Position numbers and translations under genes: made by a program
The notes under the pieces: generated by a model
What the model saw: the letters and a program-made list of their open reading frames with translations, nothing else
What the model was told of the DNA's origin: nothing
Database searches by the model: none
From: Eukaryota sp. TZLM1-RC
Lineage: Eukaryota; Protista; Metamonada: BaSk clade
Length of the DNA: 64,000 nucleotides
Direction of reading: 5' to 3'
Assembly: GCA_040285825.1 (NCBI GenBank)
Contig: JAUPSS010000007.1
Location: forward strand, 2,082,689-2,146,688
Shown: positions 1 to 12,300 of the stretch, one piece after another
Position numbering within the stretch: position 1 is the stretch's first letter
How the letters are laid out: the number at the start of each line of letters is the position of its first letter

Positions 1-4
1 AAAT

Positions 5-3000
5 GTGGGATTCCAGACTCTGGGCCATAAAGGGGACCCTAATAGAGTCTACGAATTCCCTCAAAATGAGAGAAGAGAACTCATTAACGCGTTGGACACT
101 TTGAGTAGAGAGACCTATGGACGCGGGGCAGAACGCCGTCCTAGGATAACCGGTATGGACAGAGAGATCCATGTGATTCTGGCAAAACCTATCAAAGATA
201 GGCCTGATTGGGAAGCCATTCATTTAGATCAGTTCGGGAGAAGGATCAGGTTCTTAGCCATCGAACGAAGGAGCAGAACCGATACCGACGACATCCTGGA
301 AACCAAATTACCGGCATGGATGGACTCGTACTTTGATACGATCATCCATAACTACTCAGAGGTAGAGGATGGGGCTCCTACTTGTTTCAGAGAATACATG
401 GAACAAGCAGACAGCACAAATCCAAGTAAGTTGGATCCCGTCAGTGACTTCTTTGACGCGGACGCCCTAAATAATATACTTACGGAACGTTCAAGCGTAT
501 CCACATTTAGGAGCCGCCCAAATAACTTCATTCAGCAATTCGGGGAATCAACGACAAGGAAGAAGAAGTTCAGGTTCTTGGTCACGGGTGATCAATCAAC
601 AGAGCTCCACCAGAGACCTAAACTTCCTATAATTGCCCCCATTATATCTGAAAAAGAGCAACCGGTACAAGTCTGTTCCATTGACGTACTCCCTGATCAC
701 ATCCCAACAGTAGATGTGACAGAACGAGCAAACAGACCTACCAGAGTGGTTCAGGGACCATCAAGTCCCTCCCAACCCATGCTCACTAGCGCATCAGAAG
801 ACGAAGTCGAGTTGAGAGGACCTAGTTTAGATGAAACACCTCCTCCTCAACCTTCTCGTAGAAGAGTTACTTCTGAGGAGCCTCTCCGTTTGGAAGACCT
901 CCAAGCTTCTAGAAATATTTTGGATATGAGTATAGCGAGTAGTCTTCAGAGACATGTGGACTCTCAGCCTAGGTCAGCTGAATACAAAGCTCCTCACCTA
1001 TCTGAGAAAGACCCACTCAACAAGATGTCTCTCGTCTCCTTCCTCCTCAAATTCCAAACATGGGACAAATACGGGCGCAAGATAGCCAATCGAAGCTTTC
1101 AAGCCCCTGGTCAATCTGATTGGTCTCGTGCTATGTTGATAGCAACCCAAATATTTGGCGAAGGAAAGACCCAGATTACCCCTGAGTTGTTATCATCACT
1201 CCCATCTCACATCAGAGAAGAAATAGACAGGGGCATGAAACATCCACTCTTAAGGATCGACCCAGAACTGACGAAACGTTTGGGACCTCCTATCCATCAT
1301 TATGACTTATTCAGAAGTATGATGATAAGTACTTGTCCATCCGGCTTATCAAGCATGGTCGACCCCCATCTCATCTCTAGATGGCAAGGCCAAGGACTTC
1401 TAAGACCGGACTTCTCAGACGCTGACTTAATGGTTTTTCTGCTACGCAGGACACAATTTACCTCATATCACGAGGCTTGCTCCGCCCTAGCGAAACCTTG
1501 TATTAATTGGAGAAACATCCACAACAAAGTGGATGCGGACAACGAATTTGGTAGGTTCGTCGAAGATTTTGGAGACGTCCTGAGGATGACTACCTATATG
1601 GTTGATCACTCCATATCTGCATCAATTAGGGGAAGCAGCGGTTTAATAACCCTCTCACCCGCCCTTATTGCAGAATATTTTCTCTTGGGTATAGATAATT
1701 TTGCCATTACCAAGGAGCTGGCAAGCCATTGGACAAGAGAAGATTTATGGGACCCTTCAACAGGTAAAACTTTGTTAGACCTGATTTCGACCACCAGGAG
1801 ACACTTTCTAGCTTGGTGCCAAACAACAGGAAATAGGCACACCATGGAACTTTTGAGAAAACAAGCTGAAAGAGAAGAAGACATCCCATTAGGCCTTTCG
1901 ACCATGAGAACGTTCTCTAGAGGAGCAACCCCATCTGGTCCAGGTACTAAACGTCGCTCGGGAGGCGGATTCAAAGGAACTCCCCAAAACAAATATGTCC
2001 CAGAAAGACATGAACGAGAGGGATCTAAGTTCTGTACATTCTGTAACGTCACCGAAGGAAATAATCCTATCGGTCACACGGTTTTCGAATGCAGAGACCC
2101 TCGTTGTACCAGGAGCAAGGTACCAAAAGAATTGAGGTTTAAGATCGGCGAGGCTGATCAGCCTGCGAGAAGTGGCAGTGTAGTTAGAGGCCGAGGTGGC
2201 CGTGGTAGACGTGTTTCTAGGTTTAGAGGTAGGGGCCGAGGTGGCCATTTTAGAGGACATAAAGGTAGAGGTCAATATAGACCTATTTATTACATAAATA
2301 CACAAGAGGATACATCATCAATATCATCCCCTTCTGAGAACGTGTCAGCTAGTTCGAGCATGACCTCTCACAGACGGATTGACCGTTTCAGCAACAGGGT
2401 CAGAAATACAGGAAACTTTCCCAATCGGAAACAAATCAACGCAATCAATCATAATCAATCAATTGCCGATTTCGGAAACCCAGTTAACAACTCCCCAACA
2501 GCTCAACAATTCTTACTAAATCCTCTACAATTCCACAAACCCAGCTCTGATATGAATAGTATTTTTGGTATAAATTCTACGGTTAGTGAGAACCACATCA
2601 GATCCCAGCGTTCTCCATTTCTAAGATTGGAGATTTTAATAAATAATATAAAAATGATTGCAACTATTGATTCGGCAGCGTTTTGTTCGGTTATAACAGA
2701 AGATTTGGCTAACAAATGCAACATGTCAATTAATAGAGATGATACAATTGAGTTCTTACCAGCCAATAACGTATCAAGTAAATCGCTAGGGAGTGCAAAT
2801 GGTATTCTGTCGTTCAACGTAGGAAGCATTGCGCACCAAGTACATTATAGACATACTCTTCCTATAATCCCGGGTTCGAACAAATTATTAATAGGGATAG
2901 ACATGTTAAAAACACTTGGGCTTCAGACGAATGATGGTCTTTTCATTAGATTAGACAAAGAACACCGCACTTTGTTAAATGCAGAATCTGAATTCGACTC

Positions 3001-5008
3001 AAGAATCGCTCAACATTCGATTGGGACCTTAGATAACCAATCATCGAGTCCTTCCGATTTTGAGGAGCAGTTAACTAGATCTGGTTGTGAGATAAAATTA
3101 GATGATGATAATAATAAATTAAAATTAACGAGTCTATCAAGAATTTTCAGCGATGTTTTTAGTGAAACTCCAAACAGAAAAGGAATCGATTGTAAACCTC
3201 TAACAATCCCCTTTAGAGACGAGAATGCTATAGTACATAAACCTGCTAGACAATTAAATCCCAGCAAAATGGAAATAGCAAACAAAATATTTGATGAACT
3301 GATTGAAATGGGCTATGCAGTTGAATCTAATTATAAATTCAGCTCTCCTATCGTCTTAGTTATATATCCTGACGGCAAGAAACACAGGTTAACGGGAGAC
3401 TTTAGCGGTAAAGATGGAGTCAATGCCCACACGATTTCAGTAGAACCTAATCTACCTAGGATTAGTGATATTTTAGAATTTTTAAGTAGAGCAGATTACA
3501 TAGCCACGCTTGATTTACCAAAAGCTTTCTGGCAAATGAATGTAGCAGAGAAGGACATTGAGAAAACATCAATCTCAATCCCTGGAAGGTCAATTATGTT
3601 TAAAAGAGCTTGCTTCGGATTAAAGAACATCCCAGCAGTATTTCAAAATGTAATGATGGAAATATTCCAAATTGATGGCGTTTTCATATATATTGATGAT
3701 ATTATAATAGTTGGAACGACTTTCGATGAATTCTATAAGAGATTACAAAGAGTCCTCCAATGCGCCAGAAATAGACGTGTAAATATAGGTTTACGTAAAT
3801 GTAAATTCGTAACATCCAAACACCCTATTGATATTTTAGGAAGCACCTTCCAGGATAAAACCAGATTTATTAGTAAGAAAAAAATCGAAGCCTTGATGAG
3901 AATCCCTAGACCAAAATCAGTGAAAGAAGTTCGCTCTTTGGTAGGGTCCATCAATTATATAAAAGATTGGCTTCCAGGTATTTCCGAATTAATAGCTCCA
4001 ATTAATGAGTTAATTAAAGGAAAACCTAGAGTAATAAAATGGACCAACGAGCATGACGATTATCTTAAACAAATAAAAGATTTAATAATTAATCACATGC
4101 CCCTTGAATTACCAGCTCCGGGCAAGCGCGTACTAATAAGTACCGACGCATCAAATGTAGCAGTTGGAGGCGTTATTTGGCAAGAAATTGAACCATACTC
4201 CCCTGCAGGAACCCCGCTGAATAAAAGAAAAGTGAAACCTTTGTCGTTCTATAGTAGATTACTTACAGAAACACAAAGAAAATGGTCCACTTTACAGAAA
4301 GAATTATATGCAATTCTTCTGATTTTAACTGAAAGTTGTTTAGAAAGCTACCTTTTGACTAGACATCTAACAATTTTCACCGATCACAAAAATATTGCAT
4401 TCCTGGCCACAGCCCCAGAGAAAAATAGAATTGTAAAGAGATGGCTGCCGATACTATCTGAATTCGACTTTGATATAGTCCATGAACCAGGTGAAGATAA
4501 CCACTGGGCAGATATGCTATCGAGGAATATTGATTTAGATCAAAATGAGGAAACTCCTTCTATATGTAGTATAAATATACCAGATACTTTACTTTCGAAT
4601 TTCGAGATACCTCCTGTAGACGATGATTCTGATTCGGACCTCGAAGACATCCCATCAATTTCATCCCTAAGTAGACACCAGGACTTACCTATTTTTTCTT
4701 CTTGGTTCTCTAAAATAAGATCTGAACAACAAATAGCCAAAAATAATAATGACCCTCTATTTGAGAATGCAATTCTAGATGAAAATACTCAAATTTGGAA
4801 AAACAATAAAAATAAAATTTTAATTCCAAAAATCCTCAGAAAACAGGCACTATTATTAATTCATGGATTGGTTCAATCAGGCCACCCCAGCAAAAACGAC
4901 AGTCTACATAAACTGTCCAAAAGCGACTTTTTCTGGCCTAATATGAGAAAGGACCTCATAAACCACATCAAAAGATGCCCAACTTGTCAAAAAAACGGCA
5001 CCAGTTAA
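5..5008 (+). CDS. Gag-protease-RT-RNase H polyprotein (5'-partial; frameshifted from integrase at an A7 run near 4989-4995)
   Basis: Extended knuckle CTFC-x10-H-x4-C, protease ATIDSAA, RT LDLPKAFWQ/FGLKN/YIDD, RNase H TDAS...ELYA...TDH, integrase HHCC start. Copies B and C have A6 at the same site and stay in frame. Confidence 0.92.
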   Translation: MGFQTLGHKGDPNRVYEFPQNERRELINALDTLSRETYGRGAERRPRITGMDREIHVILAKPIKDRPDWEAIHLDQFGRRIRFLAIERRSRTDTDDILETKLPAWMDSYFDTIIHNYSEVEDGAPTCFREYMEQADSTNPSKLDPVSDFFDADALNNILTERSSVSTFRSRPNNFIQQFGESTTRKKKFRFLVTGDQSTELHQRPKLPIIAPIISEKEQPVQVCSIDVLPDHIPTVDVTERANRPTRVVQGPSSPSQPMLTSASEDEVELRGPSLDETPPPQPSRRRVTSEEPLRLEDLQASRNILDMSIASSLQRHVDSQPRSAEYKAPHLSEKDPLNKMSLVSFLLKFQTWDKYGRKIANRSFQAPGQSDWSRAMLIATQIFGEGKTQITPELLSSLPSHIREEIDRGMKHPLLRIDPELTKRLGPPIHHYDLFRSMMISTCPSGLSSMVDPHLISRWQGQGLLRPDFSDADLMVFLLRRTQFTSYHEACSALAKPCINWRNIHNKVDADNEFGRFVEDFGDVLRMTTYMVDHSISASIRGSSGLITLSPALIAEYFLLGIDNFAITKELASHWTREDLWDPSTGKTLLDLISTTRRHFLAWCQTTGNRHTMELLRKQAEREEDIPLGLSTMRTFSRGATPSGPGTKRRSGGGFKGTPQNKYVPERHEREGSKFCTFCNVTEGNNPIGHTVFECRDPRCTRSKVPKELRFKIGEADQPARSGSVVRGRGGRGRRVSRFRGRGRGGHFRGHKGRGQYRPIYYINTQEDTSSISSPSENVSASSSMTSHRRIDRFSNRVRNTGNFPNRKQINAINHNQSIADFGNPVNNSPTAQQFLLNPLQFHKPSSDMNSIFGINSTVSENHIRSQRSPFLRLEILINNIKMIATIDSAAFCSVITEDLANKCNMSINRDDTIEFLPANNVSSKSLGSANGILSFNVGSIAHQVHYRHTLPIIPGSNKLLIGIDMLKTLGLQTNDGLFIRLDKEHRTLLNAESEFDSRIAQHSIGTLDNQSSSPSDFEEQLTRSGCEIKLDDDNNKLKLTSLSRIFSDVFSETPNRKGIDCKPLTIPFRDENAIVHKPARQLNPSKMEIANKIFDELIEMGYAVESNYKFSSPIVLVIYPDGKKHRLTGDFSGKDGVNAHTISVEPNLPRISDILEFLSRADYIATLDLPKAFWQMNVAEKDIEKTSISIPGRSIMFKRACFGLKNIPAVFQNVMMEIFQIDGVFIYIDDIIIVGTTFDEFYKRLQRVLQCARNRRVNIGLRKCKFVTSKHPIDILGSTFQDKTRFISKKKIEALMRIPRPKSVKEVRSLVGSINYIKDWLPGISELIAPINELIKGKPRVIKWTNEHDDYLKQIKDLIINHMPLELPAPGKRVLISTDASNVAVGGVIWQEIEPYSPAGTPLNKRKVKPLSFYSRLLTETQRKWSTLQKELYAILLILTESCLESYLLTRHLTIFTDHKNIAFLATAPEKNRIVKRWLPILSEFDFDIVHEPGEDNHWADMLSRNIDLDQNEETPSICSINIPDTLLSNFEIPPVDDDSDSDLEDIPSISSLSRHQDLPIFSSWFSKIRSEQQIAKNNNDPLFENAILDENTQIWKNNKNKILIPKILRKQALLLIHGLVQSGHPSKNDSLHKLSKSDFFWPNMRKDLINHIKRCPTCQKNGTS

Positions 5009-5156
5009 AAGAACAAAAACACCTTCCACAGGTGTTCTTTGGGCAGATCGTCCTTTTGCTAAATTAAAGGTCGACACAATTGGACCTCTGAATACTGATA
5101 GTGATGGTAATAAATACTTATTAGTATTTGTAGATTCTTTTACTGGGTATTCAATT

Positions 5157-6188
5157 TTGGTCCCTCTGAAGGAACTCAATGCCTTAGAGACCGCAGACGC
5201 TTTGATTTGGAACGTTTGCGCAATTTTTGGCATACCTATGTTAATTCATAGTGATAATGGTCCTGAGTTCGCCAATGAGACTTTTAAGATAGTGTGTAAT
5301 AGATTAGCTATTGAGATGAGTAACTCAATACCCCACTACTCTGAAAGTAATGGACTCGTAGAGCGAAAACATAGAGACGTTCTACAATGCTTGAGGAAAT
5401 TATCAATAGATTTTAATGATTATGGAAATTGGTCTACTTATGTACCCATATCCCAACTATTAATAAATTCCACTAAAAGCAGAAAGACAGGTTTTACACC
5501 TTACGAACTAATGTTCGGATCTTTGATTAGTCCAAGATCGGACCCTGCAAACATATTAGGAAACTTATCAAAATTTGATTCCAATATACCTTTATTAGAC
5601 GATATTAAAATGAAAAATACTCGTCTGCAAGAAAAAAGGGAAGAAGCAGAGCGTCATCAATTATCAAATACTCCGATTTCAGTAGACAATACTAATTCGC
5701 GCTCTATAGTATTTAATATTGGTGACTATGTCCTACGTAAAACCAAACAGAATAATAAATTACATGGATCTTGGAACGGACCCTTTTTAGTAATAGACCA
5801 TCCTTCCAACTCTACTTTATTATTAAAGAATCTTATCACTGGTAGTGAATTAAAGGCTGCCAAGAAAGATTGTAAAATCTATAACGCAGATAATCCTCAG
5901 GATATCGAATTCCTTAAGGCAGTCGCAGCAGGCGATGCTGAGAAACATGTTATAGAGAAAATCCTCTCAGAATATAATTCTGACTCAGGTAGTTTCTGTA
6001 CTGTTCAATGGTTTGGCGGTGAGACAACAGAAGAGCCTCTCCATTCAGTTAAACATTCAGAAGCTTACAAGTTGTTCAGTAGGAATAACAAGAAAATTGG
6101 AAAACGTACCTCTAGTCAACGTAAGAGTACCTCCAATAGCTCTACGTCTTGCAAGAGGCCTAGACGTAGTACTAGAATTAGGAAGTGA
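5157..6188 (+). CDS. Integrase core plus C-terminal chromodomain-like region of copy A
   Basis: DTIGP (upstream, same frame), SDNGPEF, NGLVER, W-x-GPF motif, VIEKIL...VQWFGGETTEEP. Confidence 0.9.
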   Translation: MVPLKELNALETADALIWNVCAIFGIPMLIHSDNGPEFANETFKIVCNRLAIEMSNSIPHYSESNGLVERKHRDVLQCLRKLSIDFNDYGNWSTYVPISQLLINSTKSRKTGFTPYELMFGSLISPRSDPANILGNLSKFDSNIPLLDDIKMKNTRLQEKREEAERHQLSNTPISVDNTNSRSIVFNIGDYVLRKTKQNNKLHGSWNGPFLVIDHPSNSTLLLKNLITGSELKAAKKDCKIYNADNPQDIEFLKAVAAGDAEKHVIEKILSEYNSDSGSFCTVQWFGGETTEEPLHSVKHSEAYKLFSRNNKKIGKRTSSQRKSTSNSSTSCKRPRRSTRIRK

Positions 6189-6286
6189 TGCTAATTCTCA
6201 GTTTAGATTAGGTTATTTGTAGTTATTTAGTTATTTAGTTATTTGTTTATAGTTTAGATTCATATTTATATAAGCCTATTAGCTCT

Positions 6287-6304
6287 GAAAAAGGGAAGAA
6301 GCAG
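6287..6304 (+). promoter_or_regulatory. Polypurine tract of copy A
   Basis: GAAAAAGGGAAGAAGCAG directly before the LTR TG; equivalent tract at 13062-13080 on the minus strand. Confidence 0.85.
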
Positions 6305-6385
6305 TGTTGGCGCCCTAAGGCTTTTATAATATGAATAGAAAATAAATTATCTTTATCTCAACCACTTTTGCAACCTAAGGCAACA
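6305..6385 (+). repeat. 3' LTR of copy A (81 bp)
   Basis: TGTTG...CAACA ends, internal AATAAA; near-identical reverse-complement copies at 12981-13061 and 19849-19917. Confidence 0.93.
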
Positions 6386-9300
6386 AATGTTTAACTGAAT
6401 GGAGAGGCTCTTCTGTTGTCTCACCGCCAAACCATTGAACAGTACAGAAACTACCTGAGTCAGAATTATATTCTGAGAGCATTTTCTCTATAACATGTTT
6501 CTCAGCATCGCCTGCTGCGACTGCCTTTAGAAATTCGATATCCTCAGGGTTATCTGCGTTATAGATTTTGCAATCTTTCTTAGCAGCCTTTAATTCACTG
6601 GCAGTGATAAGATTCTTTAATAATAGAGTAGAGTTGGAAGGATGGTCTATTACTAAAAAGGGTCCGTTCCAAGATCCATGTAATTTATTATTCTGTTTGG
6701 TTTTACGTAGGACATAGTCACCAATATTAAATACTATAGAGCGCGAATTAGTATTGTCTACTGAAATCCGAGTATTTGATAATTGATGACGCTCTGCTTC
6801 TTCCCTTTTTTCTTGGAGACGAGTATTTTTCATTTTAATATCGTCTAATAAAGGTATATTGGAATCAAATTTTGATAAGTTTCCTAATATGTTTGCAGGG
6901 TCCGATCTTGGACTAATCGAAGATCCGAACATTAGTTCGTAAGGTGTAAAACCTGTCTTTCTGCTTTTAGTGGAATTTATTATTAGTTGGGATATGGGTA
7001 CATAAGTAGACCAATTTCCATAATCATTAAAATCTATTGATAATTTCCTCAAGCATTGTAGAACGTCTCTATGTTTTCGCTCTACGAGTCCATTACTTTC
7101 AGAGTAGTGGGGTATTGAGTTACTCATCTCAATAGCTAATCTATTACACACTATCTTAAAAGTCTCGTTGGCGAACTCAGGACCATTATCACTATGAATT
7201 AACATAGGTATGCCAAAAATTGCGCAAACGTTCCAAATCAAAGCGTCTGCGGTCTCTAAGGCATTGAGTTCCTTCAGAGGGACCAAAATTGAATACCCAG
7301 TAAAAGAATCTACAAATACTAATAAGTATTTATTACCATCACTATCAGTATTCAGAGGTCCAATTGTGTCGACCTTTAATTTAGCAAAAGGACGATCTGC
7401 CCAAAGAACACCTGTGGAAGGTGTTTTTATTCTTTTAACTGGTGCCGTTTTTTGACAAGTTGGGCATCTTTTGATGTGGTTTATGAGGTCCTTTCTCATA
7501 TTAGGCCAGAAAAAGTCGCTTTTGGACAGTTTATGTAGACTGTCGTTTTTGCTGGGGTGGCCTGATTGAACCAATCCATGTATTAATAGTAGAGCCTGTT
7601 TTCTGAGGCTTTTTGGAATTAAGATTTTATTTATATTGTTTTTCCAAATTTGAGTATTTTCATCTAGAATTGCATTTTCAAATAGAGGGTCATTGTTATT
7701 TTTAGCTATTTGTTGTTCAGATCTTATTTTAGAGAACCAAGAAGAAAAAATAAGTAAGTCATGGTGTCAACTTAGGGATGAAATTGATGGGATGTCTTCG
7801 AAGTCCGAATCAGAATCATCGTCTATTGAAGGTATCTCGTAATTCGAAAGTAAAGTATCTGGTATATTTATACTACATATAGAAGGAGTTTCCTCGTTTT
7901 GATCTAAATCAATATTCCTCGATAGCATATCTGCCCAGTGGTTATCTTCACCTGGTTCATGGACTATATCAAAGTCGAATTCAGATAGTATCGGCAGTCA
8001 TCTCTTTACAATTCTGTTTTTCTCTGGGGCTGTGGCCAGGAATGCAATATTTTTGTGATCAGTGAAAATTGTTAGATGTCTAGTCAAAAGGTAGCTTTCT
8101 AAACAACTTTCGGTTAAAATCAGAAGTATTGCGTATAATTTTTTCTGTAAAGTGGACCATTTTCTTTGTGTTTCTGTAAGTAATCTACTATAGAACGACA
8201 AAGGTTTCACTTTCCTTTTATTCAGCGGGGTTCCTGCAGGAGAGTATGGTTCAATTTCTTGCCAAATAACACCTCCTACTGCTACATCTGATGCGTCAGT
8301 ACTTATTAATACGCGCTGGCCCGGAGCTGGTAATTCAAGGGGCATGTGGTTAATTATTAAATCTTTTATTTGTTTGAAATAATCATCATGCTCGTTGGTC
8401 CATTTCATTATTCTAGGTTTTCCTTTAATTAACTCATTAATTGGAGCTATTAATTCGGAAATACCTAGAAGCCAATCTCTAATATAATTGATGGATCCTA
8501 CCAATGAGCGGACTTCCTTCACTGATTTCGGTCTAGGGATTCTCATCAAGGCTTCTATCTTTTTCTTACTAATAAATCTAGTTTTATCCTGGAAGGTGCT
8601 TCCTAAGATGTCAATAGGGTGTTTGGAAGTTACGAATTTACAGTTACGTAAACCTATATTTACACGTATATTTCTGGCGCATTGGAGGACTCTTTGTAAT
8701 CTCTTATAGAATTCATCGAAAGTTTGAAATATTTCCATCATTACGTTTTGAAAAACTGCTGGGAAGTTCTTTAATCCGAAGCAAGCTCTTTTAAACATAA
8801 TTGACCTTCCAGGGATTGAGATTGATGTTTTCTCAATGTCCTTCTCAGCTACATTCATCTGCCAGAAAGCTTTTGGTAAATCAAGCGTGGCTATGTAGTC
8901 TGCTCTACTTAAAAATTCTAAAATATCACTAATCCTAGGTAGATTAGGCTCTACTGAAATCGTGTGGGCATTAACTCTATCTTTACCACTAAAGTCTCCA
9001 GTTAACCTGGGTTTCTTGCCGTCAGGATATATAACTAAGACAATAGGAGAGCTAAATTTATAATTAGATTCAACTGCATAGCCCATTTCATTCAGTTCAT
9101 TAAATATTTTGTTTGCTATTTCCATTTTGCTGGGATTTAATCGTCTAGCAGGTTTATGTACTATAGCATTCTCATCTCTAAAGGGGATTGTTAGAGGTTT
9201 ACAATCGATTCCTTTTCTGTTTGGAGTTTCACTAAAAACATCGCTGAAAATTCCTAGTAGACTCGTTAATATTAATTTATTATTATCATCATCTAATTTT

Positions 9301-12300
9301 ATCTCACAACCAGATCTAGTTAACTGCTCCTCAAAATCGGAAGGACTCGATGATTGGCAATCTAAGGTCCCAATCGAATGTTGAGCGATTCATGAGTCGA
9401 ATTCAGATTCTGCATTTAACAAAGTACTGTGTTCTTTGTCTAATCTCATGAATAGACCATCATCTGTCTGAAGCCTAAATATTTTTGACATGTCTATCCC
9501 TATTAATAGTTTGTTCGAACCCGGGATTATGGGAAGAGTATGTCTATAATGTACCTGGTGCGCAGTGCTTCCTACGTTGAACGACAGAATACCATTTGCA
9601 CTCCCTAGCGATTTACTTGATACGTTATTGGCTGGTAAGAACTCAATTGTATCATCTCATTAATTGACATGTTGCATTTGTTAGCCAAATCTTCTGTTAT
9701 AACCGAACAAAACGCTGCCGAATCAATAGTTGCAATCATTTTTATATTATTTATTAAAATCTCCAATCTTAGAAATGGAGAACACTGGGATCTGATGTGG
9801 TTTTCACTAACCGTAGAATTTATACCAAAAATACTATTGATATCAGAGCTGGGTTTGTGGAATTGTAGAGGATTTAGTAAGAATTGTTGAGCTGTTGGGG
9901 AGTTGTTGACTGGGTTTCCGAAATCGGCAATTAATTGATTATGATTGATTGCGTTGATTTGTTGCCGATTGGGAAAGTTCCTTGTGTTTCTGACCCTGTT
10001 GCTGAAACGGTCAATCCGTCTGTGAGAGGTCATGCTCGAACTAGCTGACACGTTCTCAGAAGGGGATGATGTTGATGATGTTTCATCTTGTGTGTTTATG
10101 TAATAAATAGGTCTATACTGACCTCTACCTTTATGTCCTCTAAAATGGCCACTTCGACCCCTACCTCTAAACCTAGATACACGTCTACCACGGCCACCTC
10201 GGCCTCTAACTACGCTGCCACTTCTCGCAGGCTGATCAGCCTCGCCGATCTTAAACCTTAATTCTTTTGGTACCTTGCTCCTGGTACAGCGGGGGTCTTT
10301 ACATTCAAAAACCGTGTGACCAATAGAGTTATTTTCTTCGGTGACGTTGCAGAATGTACAAAACTTAGATCCCTCCCGTTCACGTCTTTCTGGGACATAT
10401 TTGTTTTGGGGAGTTCCTTTGGATCCGCCTCCCGAGCGACGTTTAGCACCTGGACCAGATGGAATTGCTCCTCTAGAGTACGTTCTCATGGTCGAAAGGC
10501 CTAATGGAATATCTTCTTTTCTTTCAGCTTGTTTTCTCAAAAGTTCCATGGTGTGCCTATTTCCTGTTGTTTGGCACCAAGCTAAAAAGTGTCTTCTGGT
10601 GGTCTAAATCAGGTTTTACAAAGTTGTACCTGTTGAAGGGTCCCAGAGATCTTCTCTTGTCCAATGGCTTGCCAGCTCCTTGGTAATGGCGGAATTATCT
10701 ATACCCAAGCGAAAGTATTCTGCAATGAGGGCGGGTAAGAGGGTTATTAAACCGCTGCTTCCCCTAATTGATGCAGATATAGAGTGATCAACCATGTAAG
10801 TGGTCATCCTGAGGACGTCTCCAAAATCTTCGACGAACCTACCAAATTCGTTGTCCGCATCCATTTTGTTGTGGATGTTTCTCCAATTAATACAAGGTTT
10901 TGCTAGGGCAGAGCAAGCCTCATGATATGAGGTAAATTGTGTCCTGCGTAGCAGAAACACCATTAGATCTGCGTCTGAGAAGTCCGGTCTCAGAAGTCCT
11001 TGGCCTTGCCATCTAGAGATGAGATGGGGGTCAACCATGCTTGATAAGCCGGACGGACAAGTACTAATCATCATACTTCTAAATAAGTCATAATGATGAA
11101 TAGGAGGTCCCAGACGTTTCGTCAGTTGTGGGTCGATCCTTAAAAGTGGCTGCTTCATGTCCCTATCGATTTCTTTTCTGATGTGAGATGGGAGAGATGA
11201 TATGAGCTCAGAGGTAATCTGGGTCTTTCCTTCGCCAAATATCTGGGTTGCTATTAACATAGCACGAGACCAATCAGATTGACCAGGGGCTTGGAAGCTT
11301 CTATAAGCTATCTTACATCTGTATTTATCCCATGTTTGGAACTTGAGGAGGAAGGAGACGAGACACATCTTGTTGAGTGGGTCTTTCTCAGATAGGTGAG
11401 GAGCTTTGTATTCAGCTGACCTAGGCTGAGAGTCCACATGTCTCTGAAGACTACTCGCTATACTCATGTCCAATATATTTCTTGAAGCTTGGAGGTCTTC
11501 CAAACGGAGAGGCTCCTCAGAAGAAACTCTTCTACGAGGGGGTTGAGGAGGAGGTGTTTCATCTAAACTAGGTCCTCTCAACTCGACTTCGTCTTCTGAT
11601 GCACTAGTGAGCATAGGTTGGGAGGAACTTGATGGTTCCTGAACCACTCTGGTAGTTCTGCTTACTCGTTTTGTTACATTTACTGTTGGGATGTGGTCAG
11701 AAAGTACATCGATAGAACAGACTTGTACCGGTTGCTCTCTTTCTGATATTATGGGGGCAATTACTGGAAGTTTAGGTCTCTGGTGGAGCTCTGTTGATTG
11801 ATCGCCCGTGACCAAGAATCTGAACTTCTTCTTCCTTGTTGTAGATTCCCTGAATTGCTGAATAAAGTTATTTGGGCGGCTCCTGAATGTGGATACGCTT
11901 GAAATTTCCGTAAGTATATTGTTTAGGGCGTCCGCGTCAAAGAAGTCGCTGACGGGGTCCAACTTACTTGGATTTATGCTGTCTGCTTGTTCCATATATT
12001 TTCTGAAACAAGTAGGAGCCCCGTCCGTTGCCTCTGAGTAGTTATGGATGATTGTATCAAAGTACGAGTTTATCCATGCCGGCAATTTGGTTTCCAGGAT
12101 GTCGTCGGTATCGGTTCTGCTCCTTAGTTCGATGGCCAAGAACCTGATCCTTCTCCCGAACTGTTCTAAGTGAATGGCTTCCCAATCAGGTCTATCTTTG
12201 ATTGGTTTTGCCAGAATCACATGGATTTCTCTGTCCATACCGGTTATTCTAGGACGGCGTTCTGCCCCGCGTCCGTAGGTTTCTCTACTCAAGGCGTCCA

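Larger units (their letters stand above)
1..6385 (+). mobile_element. Ty3/gypsy LTR retrotransposon family 1, copy A (5' end outside window), near-intact
   Basis: Single gag-pol frame in PR-RT-RH-IN order; purine tract 6287-6304 followed by TGTTG...CAACA LTR 6305-6385. Confidence 0.95.

Noticed and set aside
4985-5008. Programmed frameshift between RNase H and integrase in copy A
   Set aside because: B and C have one fewer A in this run and read CQKTAPVKR in frame, so this is a homopolymer indel or sequencing error.
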